DNA from: Synechococcus sp.
Lineage (GTDB): Bacteria; Cyanobacteriota; Cyanobacteriia; PCC-6307; Cyanobiaceae
Length of the DNA: 64,000 bases
Direction: 5' to 3'
Assembly (NCBI GenBank): GCA_047285535.1
Contig: JBJBDC010000001.1
Location: 1,088,136 to 1,152,135 of the forward strand
A program made the translations under genes and the position numbers. Positions 33,522-43,534 of the stretch are shown one piece after another (the stretch's first letter is position 1; each line of letters opens with the position of its first letter). The notes beneath the pieces are model-generated. The model saw only the letters and a program-made list of their open reading frames with translations. It had not been told where the DNA came from and made no database searches.

Positions 33522-33939
33522 GATCAAAACACTCATTTGGATCCTGAAGGTTCAACCTTGCACTACCACGCATCAGGGTTAGCCACTCATGTTCACTCTG
33601 GTCATACCAAAACTCTTTTGGACTGGAGGCAGCGCATGATTCGATTCGCAGCAACCGCCATCCCAGCCCCTGGCAAAGGACAATCTCTTGCTCCTCTCCA
33701 GGATCCAGTGATGGTCCAGACAACAGGTTGTTGGTTTGCATGCTCTTAGGACTATCCTCTCGGTCCCCCCAACGACGGGAAATCTCAAATCCCCAACAGC
33801 GGGCTAAGCTCACCACCGAATTGTGATCGTCACAAGAAGCCAGCTGCTGACGACGCGCAGGATGCCGATCTAGCGACTGGACCAAAGCATTCAATTGCTT
33901 CACCTTGTACAGGAACCGCTGAAGATCCTTTTCTGCCAA
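33382..33939 (-). CDS. Nif11-like domain plus cupin fusion protein
   Basis: N-terminal DLQRFL...VVSLARCWGFEI; C-terminal WYDQSEHEW...IPAHRRHRVERT cupin. Confidence 0.8.
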   Translation of the reverse strand: MAEKDLQRFLYKVKQLNALVQSLDRHPARRQQLASCDDHNSVVSLARCWGFEISRRWGDREDSPKSMQTNNLLSGPSLDPGEEQEIVLCQGLGWRLLRIESCAASSPKEFWYDQSEHEWLTLMRGSARLNLQDPNECFDLSVGDQLLIPAHRRHRVERTDPYPGTVWIALYWQEDSIHQVSSLNP

Positions 33940-34052
33940 ACTGAACTGCCATCATTCTCTGCTCATCCTGACAACAAACGAGTCGAGCATCACCACACCG
34001 CCGATGGAAGCGGCAAACTACAGCCAGCGAATGATCTCAGGGTGTAGTTGGC

Positions 34053-34379
34053 ATGATTCGACTCCTCTCAACCATCCTGATCTCGCTGACTCTTTTTTGG
34101 CCAGCAACCACCTATGCGCTTGATTCTGGTGCTTCGCTGTTTCAGAACAATTGCGCCGGCTGTCACCCCAATGGGGGGAACATCATTCGAAGAGGACGAA
34201 CACTCAAGCTGAAAGCACTCAACCAGCGAGGACTCGATAACAGCGCAGCAATCGCTCAAGTAGCCCGTGAAGGAATCGGACAGATGAGCGGTTATGCCGA
34301 AGTCTTAGGACCCGGTGGTGATTTGATTGTTGCCAAATGGGTTTGGCAACAGGCTCAAAACGCCTGGACCCAGGGATAA
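34053..34379 (+). CDS. Cytochrome c6-like paralogue
   Basis: Signal peptide, CAGCH, GIGQMSGY axial Met. Confidence 0.88.
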   Translation: MIRLLSTILISLTLFWPATTYALDSGASLFQNNCAGCHPNGGNIIRRGRTLKLKALNQRGLDNSAAIAQVAREGIGQMSGYAEVLGPGGDLIVAKWVWQQAQNAWTQG

Positions 34380-34627
34380 ACGTCAAGCTGAGTCCAAATC
34401 CCTTCGCGCCAGTAAACGTCTTTTTCAAGCAAATCACAAACGCTGGCTTTGCAATCTGATTCAAAGATTGCAAACACATGTGTGCTCCCCTCCGTTGGTC
34501 CCAGGGTGATCAATATCCCCTGTTCTTTGAGCTCGCGTAAGCGAGACAAATGCTCGTCCCGGTATGGCGTTCGCTTCTGAAGAGCATCTTCACAATATGT
34601 TCCCCAAAGAACAAAACGTGCCATCAC
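34355..34627 (-). CDS. YciI family protein
   Basis: RTPYRDEHL, GPT, DVYWREGIW. Confidence 0.88.
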   Translation of the reverse strand: MMARFVLWGTYCEDALQKRTPYRDEHLSRLRELKEQGILITLGPTEGSTHVFAIFESDCKASVCDLLEKDVYWREGIWTQLDVYPWVQAF

Positions 34628-34711
34628 TGACTTCCTCTTTGAAACACTTTGAGGATCCTAGAGGGTCAAGCATTTTGATGAAGAAAGAGATTCAGTTGGA
34701 AGATTATCTTT

Positions 34712-34751
34712 AAAAATTGAGATATTTATAAGCCTCTTGAATAATATCTCA
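34712..34751 (-). terminator. Probable terminator downstream of trpA
   Basis: Minus strand TGAGATATTAT / ATAAATATCTCA hairpin followed by ATTTTT; AT-rich, so weak. Confidence 0.5.
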
Positions 34752-34780
34752 GCAGTAGCGTCCATCAGCAGAGCAGATTT

Positions 34781-35587
34781 TTATCCGGCTGCTTTCCTTA
34801 GTTCCCTGCAAAATTCTCCAGCTTCCGCCGCGGCCATACCAGGTGATGCTGCGGCAATTCGTTTCACAAGAGCACTACCGACAATCGCACCATCAGCACC
34901 CCAATGTTTCACCTGAAGAACTTGATCAGGACCGGAAATCCCAAACCCAACAGCAACAGGCCTGCTATTGCAGGACTTCAAATCACGAACCAAGGTCGCC
35001 ACTCGATCTTGGAGCTTGACTCGCTCACCGGTCACACCAGTGACACTCACCAGATAAGTAAATCCACGGCTAGATTCAGCAATTCTATTCATGCGATCTT
35101 TTGGTGTTGTTGGTGCAACCAACAACACCAAGTCCAGCCCATGTTGTGTCAACAAAGGCGACAATCTTTCGGCCTCCTCTAAAGGGAGATCAGGGACAAC
35201 CAAGCCTGCGACGCCTGCAGCGGCGGCTTCCGCAAAAAAACGCTCAGGCCCTCGATTTAAGAGCGGATTGGTATACGTAAACAGAATCACAGGCATCGTG
35301 AGCTGGTCTTTCAACTCAGATAACATTTCGATCACCTTCATTGGTGTGGTCTGTTGCTTGAGGGCCCGGAACGCTGCAGCCTGAATAACAGGACCATCAG
35401 CCAATGGATCGCTGTAGGGAATCCCAAGCTCAACAATGTCAGCGCCATTGGATTGAAGGCTTAAAAGAATCTCAGCGGTCGCGCTCAGATCAGGATCACC
35501 TGCCATCAGGAATGGCATCAATGCCAGTCGATTCCCCTGCGCCAATTGGGAGAAAACCTTTTCAATCTTGGAAAGTTGATCCGTCAC
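34781..35587 (-). CDS. trpA: Tryptophan synthase alpha chain
   Basis: [32 protein letters not shown]. Confidence 0.98.
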   Translation of the reverse strand: MTDQLSKIEKVFSQLAQGNRLALMPFLMAGDPDLSATAEILLSLQSNGADIVELGIPYSDPLADGPVIQAAAFRALKQQTTPMKVIEMLSELKDQLTMPVILFTYTNPLLNRGPERFFAEAAAAGVAGLVVPDLPLEEAERLSPLLTQHGLDLVLLVAPTTPKDRMNRIAESSRGFTYLVSVTGVTGERVKLQDRVATLVRDLKSCNSRPVAVGFGISGPDQVLQVKHWGADGAIVGSALVKRIAAASPGMAAAEAGEFCRELRKAAG

Positions 35588-35615
35588 AGAAAGCAGAGGG
35601 TCTGATCAACGGAGC

Positions 35616-35963
35616 CTAAGGTTCTATGGTCTGTTCGGATTCAGACTGGTCAAGATTGAGGGAGGCAAGCAAGGCTTGCTGCTCATCAGCACTCAACGCA
35701 TCAAAGCGTGACTGAAGCTGGTCGGTCGTGAGTTGGTCGTACTCCTTCCTGTATCGGCGGCGCTGCTGTATGTAGGTCATCTGACCCGTCACAACCCTGA
35801 AGAGGTAGGAACCAGTCCATCCCAGGACCACCACCACCAAAACGGCCTCAGCAGCAATCCCTGCGGAAAAGCCCTCTAACCCCGCTGATTGAAACAGCCA
35901 ATACCCAGCTCCACCAACAACGAAGAGAGCCAGGCCGAGCTTGAGCACACCAGCACGCGTCAA
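35616..35963 (-). CDS. DUF3007 family protein
   Basis: SYLFRVVTGQMTY; lies between ndhL and trpA. Confidence 0.85.
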   Translation of the reverse strand: MTRAGVLKLGLALFVVGGAGYWLFQSAGLEGFSAGIAAEAVLVVVVLGWTGSYLFRVVTGQMTYIQQRRRYRKEYDQLTTDQLQSRFDALSADEQQALLASLNLDQSESEQTIEP

Positions 35964-35967
35964 AGTC

Positions 35968-36228
35968 TTAAACCTCCCCTTGACCCCTAAGGCGGAGATT
36001 AAGAAATGGAGCGAACAAGATCATTCCCGGAAAAAAGAAAAACACCATCCCATACACGGCAAATCGCTCGATCTTTCCCATGATGTGCCAACGACGATTC
36101 ATCCAAAAAAAGAGCAAAAGCGGTATGACAACTAGGTAAAGCCCACCCAAAGCTCCATAGCCACCGAGCAGAAGCAGGGTGTCTATGGAGACCGAAGACA
36201 AGAGATTGTCGATAGCCACAAAAAACAA
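35968..36228 (-). CDS. ndhL: NDH-1 subunit L
   Basis: YLVVIP, RWH-x-MGKIER, FFFFPG, APFLNLR. Confidence 0.92.
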   Translation of the reverse strand: MFFVAIDNLLSSVSIDTLLLLGGYGALGGLYLVVIPLLLFFWMNRRWHIMGKIERFAVYGMVFFFFPGMILFAPFLNLRLRGQGEV

Positions 36229-36276
36229 CCTGATTGGGCTGAATCTAAGATGTCGAAGCGGGCCTGCATGGCGCGC

Positions 36277-36362
36277 GGGGGCGTGGCGGAATCGGTAGAC
36301 GCACGCGACTTAAAATCGTTTGGGCTGAAAAGCCTGTGGGGGTTCAAGTCCCCCCGCCCCCA
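36277..36362 (+). tRNA. trnL: tRNA-Leu (anticodon UAA), intron-less, CCA not encoded
   Basis: Acceptor GGGGGCG/CGCCCCC-A, D-arm, anticodon loop CTTAAAA, long variable arm, T-arm GGGGG-TTCAAGT-CCCCC. Confidence 0.95.
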
Positions 36363-36424
36363 TCAGTTCAGAAATGGCCAATCCCGAACACACTCCCTAA
36401 GTTGGGAACTCGAACATCGGTCGA

Positions 36425-39136
36425 GTGATGGCCAGTTCCATCGAAGCAATCTCGGATCTGCCCCAGAAAGAGTTACCAAACGAAATCCGCCGCTGTGAGC
36501 AGCGTGACTCCGGGAAGGTTCCATGGGACTTATGGGGGACTTACCTCAGCGACCGGCAGTGGGGGACCGTCCGGGAGGATTACTCCGCGGATGGCAATGC
36601 CTGGAAGTCCTTCCCATTCGATCAAAGCCATCTTCGGACTTACCGCTGGGGGGAGGATGGCCTGCTCGGGTTGTGCGACATGCAGGGAATGCTCTGTTTT
36701 GCCCCGGCACTTTGGAACGGTCGGGATTCAATCCTCAAAGAACGCTTGTTCGGCCTTGGGAATCCCGAAGGCAACCATGGTGAAGACATCAAAGACACCA
36801 TGTATCACTTGGCCGGAACCCCTACCGGCAGTTATTCCAAAGCCCTATACCGCTACCCCCAAAGCGCGTTTCCCTATCAACGTCTACGCGAAGAGAACCA
36901 ACGTCGTTCAAGGGCAGAATCCGAATTTGAGCTTGTTGACACTGGGATTTTTTCCAACAACAGCTTTTTCGACATTGAAATTGAATACGCCAAGGCCGAT
37001 GCAGAGGACATTTTTATTCGACTCTCCATCACCAATCAGGGTGCTGAGCCTGCTGAGCTTCATCTCCTGCCGAGTCTCTGGTACCGCAACACCTGGTCCT
37101 GGGGAGACAACAACAACCGACCAAGCCTTCATCTCTCAGGAGAAACACTGGTTTCCGAGGCGATCAACGGGCTTGGTTCCTACGAGCTGAGTTGCAGCGA
37201 GACAGGAACTTGGCTGTTCACCGAAAACGAAACCAACAGCGAAGCCTTATGGGCTCAACCTCTACCTCAGCCCTACGTCAAAGATGCCTTTCACCGATAC
37301 CTAATTCACGGACAAAGAGATGCGGTCAATCAGGGACAGCGAGGCAGCAAAGCCGCTCTACATCTTCATCACAACCTCAAAGCAGGAGAATGCTGGGTCA
37401 TCGACCTCCGTCTCCGCCGTCATCAAAACACGACAGGAAACGCATCTTTTGAGGCCTCAACCTCCACAAGCTTGATCAAACAGCGCCGTCAAGAGTGGAA
37501 GGAGCATCTGGAGTGGATCGCCCCAGGACTCAATGAAGAAGATCGAGCAATTCATGCCGCCGCCGGAGCTGGTTTGTTCTGGTGCAGAAAGTTTTACAAC
37601 TGGTACGTCGCACGCTGGCTAAGAGGAGACAGCACCGCAATCAGTCCGCCGAAACAGCGTTGGCTAACCGAAACAGCGTATTGGAAAACATTGCGCGCAC
37701 AAAACATCATCTCCATGCCTGACTGTTGGGAATACCCCTACTTCTGCCAATGGGATCTGATGTTTCACGCTGTGGCATTTGCTGAGTTCGATCCTGGCGA
37801 AGCAAAGCGACAGTCCCGCATGCTTAGGAAGGCGAGTTACACCGCCACTAGCGGACAATCGCCTGCCTATGAGTGGGCTCTGTCGGATGCCAATCCGCCG
37901 ATTGGGGCTTGGGCTGCTCTACGCATTTTTCAAATCAGTCGCCGCAACAACTGTGAAGGTGACTATTCCTTCTTACGTGCAAGTCTTCGAGAATTCCTAC
38001 TGGAATACGGATGGTGGGCCAACCGTACTGATCGCAATGGAGACAATCTATTTGAGGGAGGATTTTTAGGACTCGACAACATAGCTATTTTTGATCGACG
38101 CTATCCACTCAGAGACGGAAGCCGCATTGAGCAGTCCGATGGCACAGCCTGGATGGGATTATTTAGTCTAAATCTACTCCAAATAAGCGTTATTTTAGCC
38201 GAAGAAGACCGAAAAGAATATCTCGAAATATGCGAACGATTCATCAAAGATTTCAGCCGGATAACATTCTCTCTAAACAGCTCAAGCGGTCGTGGTTACG
38301 TAAACTGGGACGAGCAAGATGGATTTTATTATGATGTATTAAAAAGACCCGACAACTCCACTGACTACTTGAGAAATAGATCCATTAGTGGACTGATCCC
38401 TCTACTGGCTGTAGCAAGTTTTGATGCCAGTACAGTACAGGATATTCCATCGCTGGATATCAATAAAAGCCTCAAACAACTTGGGAAAGAACGGGGAGCT
38501 TCCTTTGACGCCATAGGCCATCTCGGCGCTTGGCATCGCAATCGCGTTCTATTCTCGATCGTCCCTCCTGCGAGGCTCAAACGAATTCTCAAGAGAGTAT
38601 TTGATGAAGACGAGTTTCTCTCTCCCTATGGGATCAGAAGTCTTTCTAAAATCTACGAATCAGAACCTTATTCCTATCAGCAGGGTGATGAATATGCCAC
38701 AATTACCTACACCCCTGGTGACAGCCCTGTTGCCATGTTTGGAGGAAATTCAAACTGGCGCGGGCCAGTTTGGATGCCAATTAATTTTCTTCTTATCGAA
38801 GCACTTCAGAAATATGGGCACTTTTTTGGCGAAGATTTCAAGATGGAATTCCCGACAGGATCAGGGGAAGAAATGACTCTCTGGGAAATTTCCCTCGAAC
38901 TGGAGAAACGATTAATCGGAATCTTTAGGCGCGATCAAAACCAGCGAAGAGCTTTTAATGGAGGAGTTGAGCTCTTCCAGAAGGACCCACTTTGGCGTGA
39001 TTTATTCCTTTTCAATGAATATTTTCATGGGTGTAATGGGTCAGGAGTAGGAGCAAGTCATCAAACAGGATGGACGGCAATCGTCGCCAAAATGATCACT
39101 CAACTTCAGCGACACCAGCCTATTAACCAGCCATGA
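36425..39136 (+). CDS. MGH1-like glycoside hydrolase (GH63 family)
   Basis: WGTYLSDRQWGTVREDYS, SMPDCWEYP, GGFLGLDNI, NSNWRGPVW, EYFHG, GASHQTGWT. Confidence 0.9.
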   Translation: MMASSIEAISDLPQKELPNEIRRCEQRDSGKVPWDLWGTYLSDRQWGTVREDYSADGNAWKSFPFDQSHLRTYRWGEDGLLGLCDMQGMLCFAPALWNGRDSILKERLFGLGNPEGNHGEDIKDTMYHLAGTPTGSYSKALYRYPQSAFPYQRLREENQRRSRAESEFELVDTGIFSNNSFFDIEIEYAKADAEDIFIRLSITNQGAEPAELHLLPSLWYRNTWSWGDNNNRPSLHLSGETLVSEAINGLGSYELSCSETGTWLFTENETNSEALWAQPLPQPYVKDAFHRYLIHGQRDAVNQGQRGSKAALHLHHNLKAGECWVIDLRLRRHQNTTGNASFEASTSTSLIKQRRQEWKEHLEWIAPGLNEEDRAIHAAAGAGLFWCRKFYNWYVARWLRGDSTAISPPKQRWLTETAYWKTLRAQNIISMPDCWEYPYFCQWDLMFHAVAFAEFDPGEAKRQSRMLRKASYTATSGQSPAYEWALSDANPPIGAWAALRIFQISRRNNCEGDYSFLRASLREFLLEYGWWANRTDRNGDNLFEGGFLGLDNIAIFDRRYPLRDGSRIEQSDGTAWMGLFSLNLLQISVILAEEDRKEYLEICERFIKDFSRITFSLNSSSGRGYVNWDEQDGFYYDVLKRPDNSTDYLRNRSISGLIPLLAVASFDASTVQDIPSLDINKSLKQLGKERGASFDAIGHLGAWHRNRVLFSIVPPARLKRILKRVFDEDEFLSPYGIRSLSKIYESEPYSYQQGDEYATITYTPGDSPVAMFGGNSNWRGPVWMPINFLLIEALQKYGHFFGEDFKMEFPTGSGEEMTLWEISLELEKRLIGIFRRDQNQRRAFNGGVELFQKDPLWRDLFLFNEYFHGCNGSGVGASHQTGWTAIVAKMITQLQRHQPINQP

Positions 39137-39189
39137 GACAGCTTGGTGCTACGCCGATAAAGTTGAATTATGGTTTTCTCTAAAACCTA

Positions 39190-39352
39190 ATGACCCTCTC
39201 CACCCAACAAGCGCATGATCGATGAAAGATTGCATTCAACATGAGGTGTTTGATGTCATCATCGACGAGTAGTTGAGCTGTGAATGCAGCCCTGATAAAT
39301 ACACTGGGCTGATGGCGAGCACGCAACTGTGGCCTCTGTCTCCTCGAAAGAT
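39190..39352 (+). pseudogene. Probable relic of a GMC oxidoreductase N-terminus
   Basis: EVFDVII..S*AVNAAL..L/ADGEH...LER aligns with EEFDVVIIGSGAGGGTLARALADSGH...LER of the next gene. Confidence 0.45.
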
Positions 39353-39590
39353 TTGAGGCACCCTTTCGAGCCATCTGAACAATGAGGGGGAGCCTGCAAT
39401 TGAAATGAATGAATGCATGAATCCATGACCTCGAATCCAGAAAGTTGGACACGGCTGAGTGAATACGTCAATCTGCTTCCGTAGAGACCGACAGGAGAGC
39501 TCCTGAAAGCGAACCTGAAATGACGGCCGGCCCGTCTTTCGAGATGAATCAAGCAGCAATAGACCGAGCAGATCCCTTTTGGAGACACCC

Positions 39591-41237
39591 ATGACAACAC
39601 CCCCCGTTCAAGCCCAAGAGCATGCTTGGAACACCCTTGCTAAAGAGCAAATCCGGTCGTCTGCTCGCTTAACAACGATCGAACCCCAGGGTGAAGAGTT
39701 TGATGTTGTCATTATTGGCAGTGGAGCTGGAGGTGGAACTCTGGCCAGGGCTCTTGCTGATTCTGGTCATTCGATCCTGATCCTCGAGCGCGGTGGCTGG
39801 CTTCCGAGAGAACCTCAGAATTGGGATCCGGTCGAAGTGTTCCAAAACGACCGTTACGTCTCCAAAGATCTATGGGAAGACAAAAACGGGGCAACCTTCC
39901 AACCAGGAAGTCATTACTTCGTTGGCGGTGCTTCCAAAATGTATGGCGCTGCCCATTTCAGGCTTCGCGAACGGGATTTCGAATCGGTGATGCACGTTGA
40001 CGGGGTATCCCCGGAATGGCCTCTTAAATACGACGTCTTTGAGCCCTATTACCGCAAAGCGGAAGAGTGGTATCACGTTCATGGGCTACGGGGTGAAGAT
40101 CCCTATGAACCACCTGCATCCTCTCCCTATCCCTATGAACCCATCAGCCATGAGCCACGGATGCAAAAGCTGGTTGATGATCTTCGTTCAGCGGGGTTAA
40201 GACCCTTTCACCAACCCACTGGCGTTGCTCTCAACGAATCTGCTCCAGCATTTAGTGACTGCGTACGCTGCAACCGGTGCGATGGTTTCCCTTGTCTTGT
40301 GCATGCCAAAGGGGATGCAGAAGTGATGGGTGTTAGGCCTGCATTAACGCATGACAACGTCAACCTTTTGACCAATGCCGAGGTTGTTCGACTCAATACC
40401 GACCCTACTGGTCATGAAGTAAGCAACGTTGTTGTAAATCACGAAGGGAAAGAACTTCATTTCAAAGGGAAGATTGTTGTGATCTCTGCAGGTGCTGCTA
40501 ATTCTGCGCGGCTTCTTCTAATGTCAGCGAATGAAGCACATCCTAACGGCCTAGCCAACAGCTCAGATCAAGTCGGAAGAAACTATATGTATCACAACTG
40601 TAAAGCTGTTGTGGCTCTAGCTCATGAACCCAATCACACCGTCTTTCAAAAAACGGTTGCCATTAATGATTGGTACTTCGGAGACAAAGACTTCGACTTC
40701 CCCATGGGGCATGTACAAATGACAGGCAAAACAAATGGAGCCATGATGAAAGGTTATAAGCCTCGACTTACAGCTCTAGCGCCAACATGGAGCATGGACA
40801 AAGTCGCAGAACATTCACTTGACTTCTGGATGCAAACAGAAGATTTGCCTAGGGCTGAGAATCGGATCAGCGTAAATCGTCAAGGAAAGATTCGTCTCAA
40901 CTACACCCCTACAAACAATCAAGCCTCTAAAGAATTGATGGGAAGACTAGAAGGTTTGCTGGATAAGCTGTATTTGAAAAATCATTTAGCGGAAAGGCAG
41001 ATTTATTTCGCATCAGCGATGGAGATTGCTGCTGTAGGTCATCAGTGCGGCACCTGTCGATTTGGCGAGGACCCAGCAACATCAGTTCTGAATCTGAACT
41101 GCAGGACCCACGACCTGGACAATCTTTACGTGGTTGACACCAGCTTCTTCCCCAGCAGCGCAGCTGTGAATCCTTCCTTAACAGCTGTGGCCAATGCCAT
41201 CCGCGTTGCAGACCACCTCAAAGAAAGACTGGGTTGA
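39591..41237 (+). CDS. GMC family FAD oxidoreductase with Cys cluster (GMC-1)
   Basis: GSGAGG, CVRCNRCDGFPC, catalytic-position His (GHQCGT) and Asn (NPSLT). Confidence 0.92.
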   Translation: MTTPPVQAQEHAWNTLAKEQIRSSARLTTIEPQGEEFDVVIIGSGAGGGTLARALADSGHSILILERGGWLPREPQNWDPVEVFQNDRYVSKDLWEDKNGATFQPGSHYFVGGASKMYGAAHFRLRERDFESVMHVDGVSPEWPLKYDVFEPYYRKAEEWYHVHGLRGEDPYEPPASSPYPYEPISHEPRMQKLVDDLRSAGLRPFHQPTGVALNESAPAFSDCVRCNRCDGFPCLVHAKGDAEVMGVRPALTHDNVNLLTNAEVVRLNTDPTGHEVSNVVVNHEGKELHFKGKIVVISAGAANSARLLLMSANEAHPNGLANSSDQVGRNYMYHNCKAVVALAHEPNHTVFQKTVAINDWYFGDKDFDFPMGHVQMTGKTNGAMMKGYKPRLTALAPTWSMDKVAEHSLDFWMQTEDLPRAENRISVNRQGKIRLNYTPTNNQASKELMGRLEGLLDKLYLKNHLAERQIYFASAMEIAAVGHQCGTCRFGEDPATSVLNLNCRTHDLDNLYVVDTSFFPSSAAVNPSLTAVANAIRVADHLKERLG

Positions 41238-41729
41238 TCAGCCCAAAAGGGCTTGAAGCTTAGGGGCCACAAATAAAAGATCAAAGCTGAAAGGACCACC
41301 TCCACTCGTCATCAGGACAAGACACATCACCACATAGACAGCAGCTTTCTCCCAGCTTGGCGGCTCCCCGACTCCCATGGGGCCGGCGTAGTCGCCCTCA
41401 GGGATCTGAAAGGGATCAGGGGCAATGAATGGAGAACCTAGGCTGATCTCCAGAACCATTGCATAAACCATTGACACAGCGATTGCCGCTGCGGCCAAGG
41501 GAGTCAACACTCCAGCAATCAGAGCGATTCCTCCCGCCCACATTGAAAAAGCCGAGAGAAAACAAAGCCATGCAGGCGTCTTCATCGCCGCGGCCCAAGT
41601 GTTCAGATTGATCATTTTGGGCCAGCCGTGACGAATGAAGACCAGGCCTGTGAACAACCTCAAAACAAGCAAGCCTCCACTGGCCGGACCATTCGGTACT
41701 GGAGGCACTATCAGGGAAACAAAGTCCAC
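41238..41729 (-). CDS. DoxX family membrane protein
   Basis: LRLFTGLVFIRHGWPK, GGGPFSFD. Confidence 0.88.
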   Translation of the reverse strand: MDFVSLIVPPVPNGPASGGLLVLRLFTGLVFIRHGWPKMINLNTWAAAMKTPAWLCFLSAFSMWAGGIALIAGVLTPLAAAAIAVSMVYAMVLEISLGSPFIAPDPFQIPEGDYAGPMGVGEPPSWEKAAVYVVMCLVLMTSGGGPFSFDLLFVAPKLQALLG

Positions 41730-41790
41730 CGATCAACAAGCATTTTCCAAACAGTAGAAACACTTAAGAGCGTCAACATTAAGGATTCGT

Positions 41791-42630
41791 TTAAGACTGA
41801 ATCCAGAGTCGATGGCCATCCGGATCGCTTCGAAGTCGTCCTTCACCAGCACCTGGTGCATGCACGAGAATCTGAGCGTAGAGCGCATTCTGCGGCAGCA
41901 GAGAGGCTGCCGAGGGTTGTAGTGGCTTCGGCTGGAGATAACGCAGAAACTCCACGCCACAGGGAGATGAACCACGCAATCCATGAATCGCCACCTGCGC
42001 GTTCGTCAGAGCATCGAGACGCTCCTGCTCAACACCTTTGTTGAGTGTGGCGTAGCGCAGTTGCAAGCCGAGCTCCACGCCATAGAACTGCAAACTGGAA
42101 TCACTGTCGCTAACAGCGATTGCAGTGTGGTCAATGCCCTGGAATAGAGGTGCATCAGGCTGCTGCCAGCGGGAATCGCCTTGATCGGCAGGAAACCATA
42201 GAAGTTCCATGGCATGACCAGCAGCATTGCGAAACTTCCATGCAGCCACACCGTTAGGTAACCACTGCGGAGATTCGGAGATCGCTGAGACAAGGGGGAT
42301 TAACTGCTCTACCGCGCGATGCATGTCGCTGACAACAATCGCCACGTGCTGGAACCAGAGGGTATTGGACGGACCAGGGTCAGTATCGATACGCGAATCG
42401 GCGCCCTCAAAGGTCACATAGTCGAGACGTTCCTTGCCCAACCGGTGATGTCGAACCACAGCTCTGCCCTCACTGAGCCCAAAACGTCGGTGGAGGGCTT
42501 CTCCCTGAACGACTGACTGCCCTTCATCAACAACGCCAAGAACTTCCAACAATGGATCAACACTTCCGGGCCTTGGCAAACTGAATGCCACCCCTTCAAC
42601 AGATAGGTCCTGGTAATACCTATCAACCAT
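41791..42630 (-). CDS. VOC/glyoxalase superfamily protein
   Basis: QHVAIVVSD, GHAMEL, IDHTAIAVSD, DPDGH. Confidence 0.85.
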   Translation of the reverse strand: MVDRYYQDLSVEGVAFSLPRPGSVDPLLEVLGVVDEGQSVVQGEALHRRFGLSEGRAVVRHHRLGKERLDYVTFEGADSRIDTDPGPSNTLWFQHVAIVVSDMHRAVEQLIPLVSAISESPQWLPNGVAAWKFRNAAGHAMELLWFPADQGDSRWQQPDAPLFQGIDHTAIAVSDSDSSLQFYGVELGLQLRYATLNKGVEQERLDALTNAQVAIHGLRGSSPCGVEFLRYLQPKPLQPSAASLLPQNALYAQILVHAPGAGEGRLRSDPDGHRLWIQS

Positions 42631-42733
42631 GGTGATGTGACCAGAACTGACTTTGTCTTAGCGCCGTTTACGCACGAAGCACTGCCGTGTTCAGTAAAAC
42701 TCGCTATTGAATGTCTGTTCTGTCCAGACTCCC

Positions 42734-43534
42734 ATGACCACTCAGGTTCCCAAGGCAATGAACTCTCTTTGTCTTCGAGATAAAGTAGTCATTGTGACCG
42801 GCGGCAATTCCGGTATTGGTAAAGCAATCGTAGAAGCTGTAGGCGCTCTAGGAGCAAAAGTGGTTATCGACTACCGCTCCCATCCCGATCGTACAGAGGC
42901 ACTGCTCGAGGAGATCGGTGAGCTAGGAGGCCAGGCCATCGGAGTCCAAGCTGATGTTTCCAAACTCGAGGACCTTCAGTACCTCATTGAAACCGCAGTG
43001 AAGACCTTCGGCAGGGTAGACGTCATGGTGAACAACGCCGGTATCGAAACCCGCACCTCCATCCTCAACACCACCCCTGAGGATTTCGACCAGGTGATGA
43101 ACGTCAATCTGCGCGGTGTTTTCTTCGCCACCCAGTACGCTGCGAAACAGATGATCGCCCAAGGAAGCGGTGGACGGATCATCAACATTTCCTCGGTTCA
43201 CGAGGATTGGCCGATGCCCGACAACACGCCTTACTGCGTAGCCAAGGGCGGTGTGCGCATGCTTACCCGCACCGCCGGCGTTGAATTGGCCAGCAAAGGC
43301 GTATCCATTGTGAACCTGGGCCCAGGCGCAGTGGCTACGCCGATCAACGACTCCACGATGAACAACCCTGAGCTGCTTGCCAAGCTGAATGCCGCCATTC
43401 CCATGGGGCGAATGGCTGATCCGAAGGAAATCGCCTCTGTGGTGGCGTTCCTCGCCAGCGACGGTTCCAGTTACATGACAGCCACCAGCGTGTTCGCTGA
43501 CGGCGGCATCATGATGAGCAGTCCCGGACTCTGA
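42734..43534 (+). CDS. SDR, glucose 1-dehydrogenase-like
   Basis: TGGNSGIG, NNAG, NISSVHE, YCVAK, PGAVATPIN. Confidence 0.88.
   Translation: MTTQVPKAMNSLCLRDKVVIVTGGNSGIGKAIVEAVGALGAKVVIDYRSHPDRTEALLEEIGELGGQAIGVQADVSKLEDLQYLIETAVKTFGRVDVMVNNAGIETRTSILNTTPEDFDQVMNVNLRGVFFATQYAAKQMIAQGSGGRIINISSVHEDWPMPDNTPYCVAKGGVRMLTRTAGVELASKGVSIVNLGPGAVATPINDSTMNNPELLAKLNAAIPMGRMADPKEIASVVAFLASDGSSYMTATSVFADGGIMMSSPGL

Noticed and set aside
36277..36362. Group I intron in tRNA-Leu(UAA)
   Set aside because: The anticodon loop is contiguous; no intron
36250..36498. 82-aa ORF spanning the tRNA
   Set aside because: Spurious translation of tRNA-Leu
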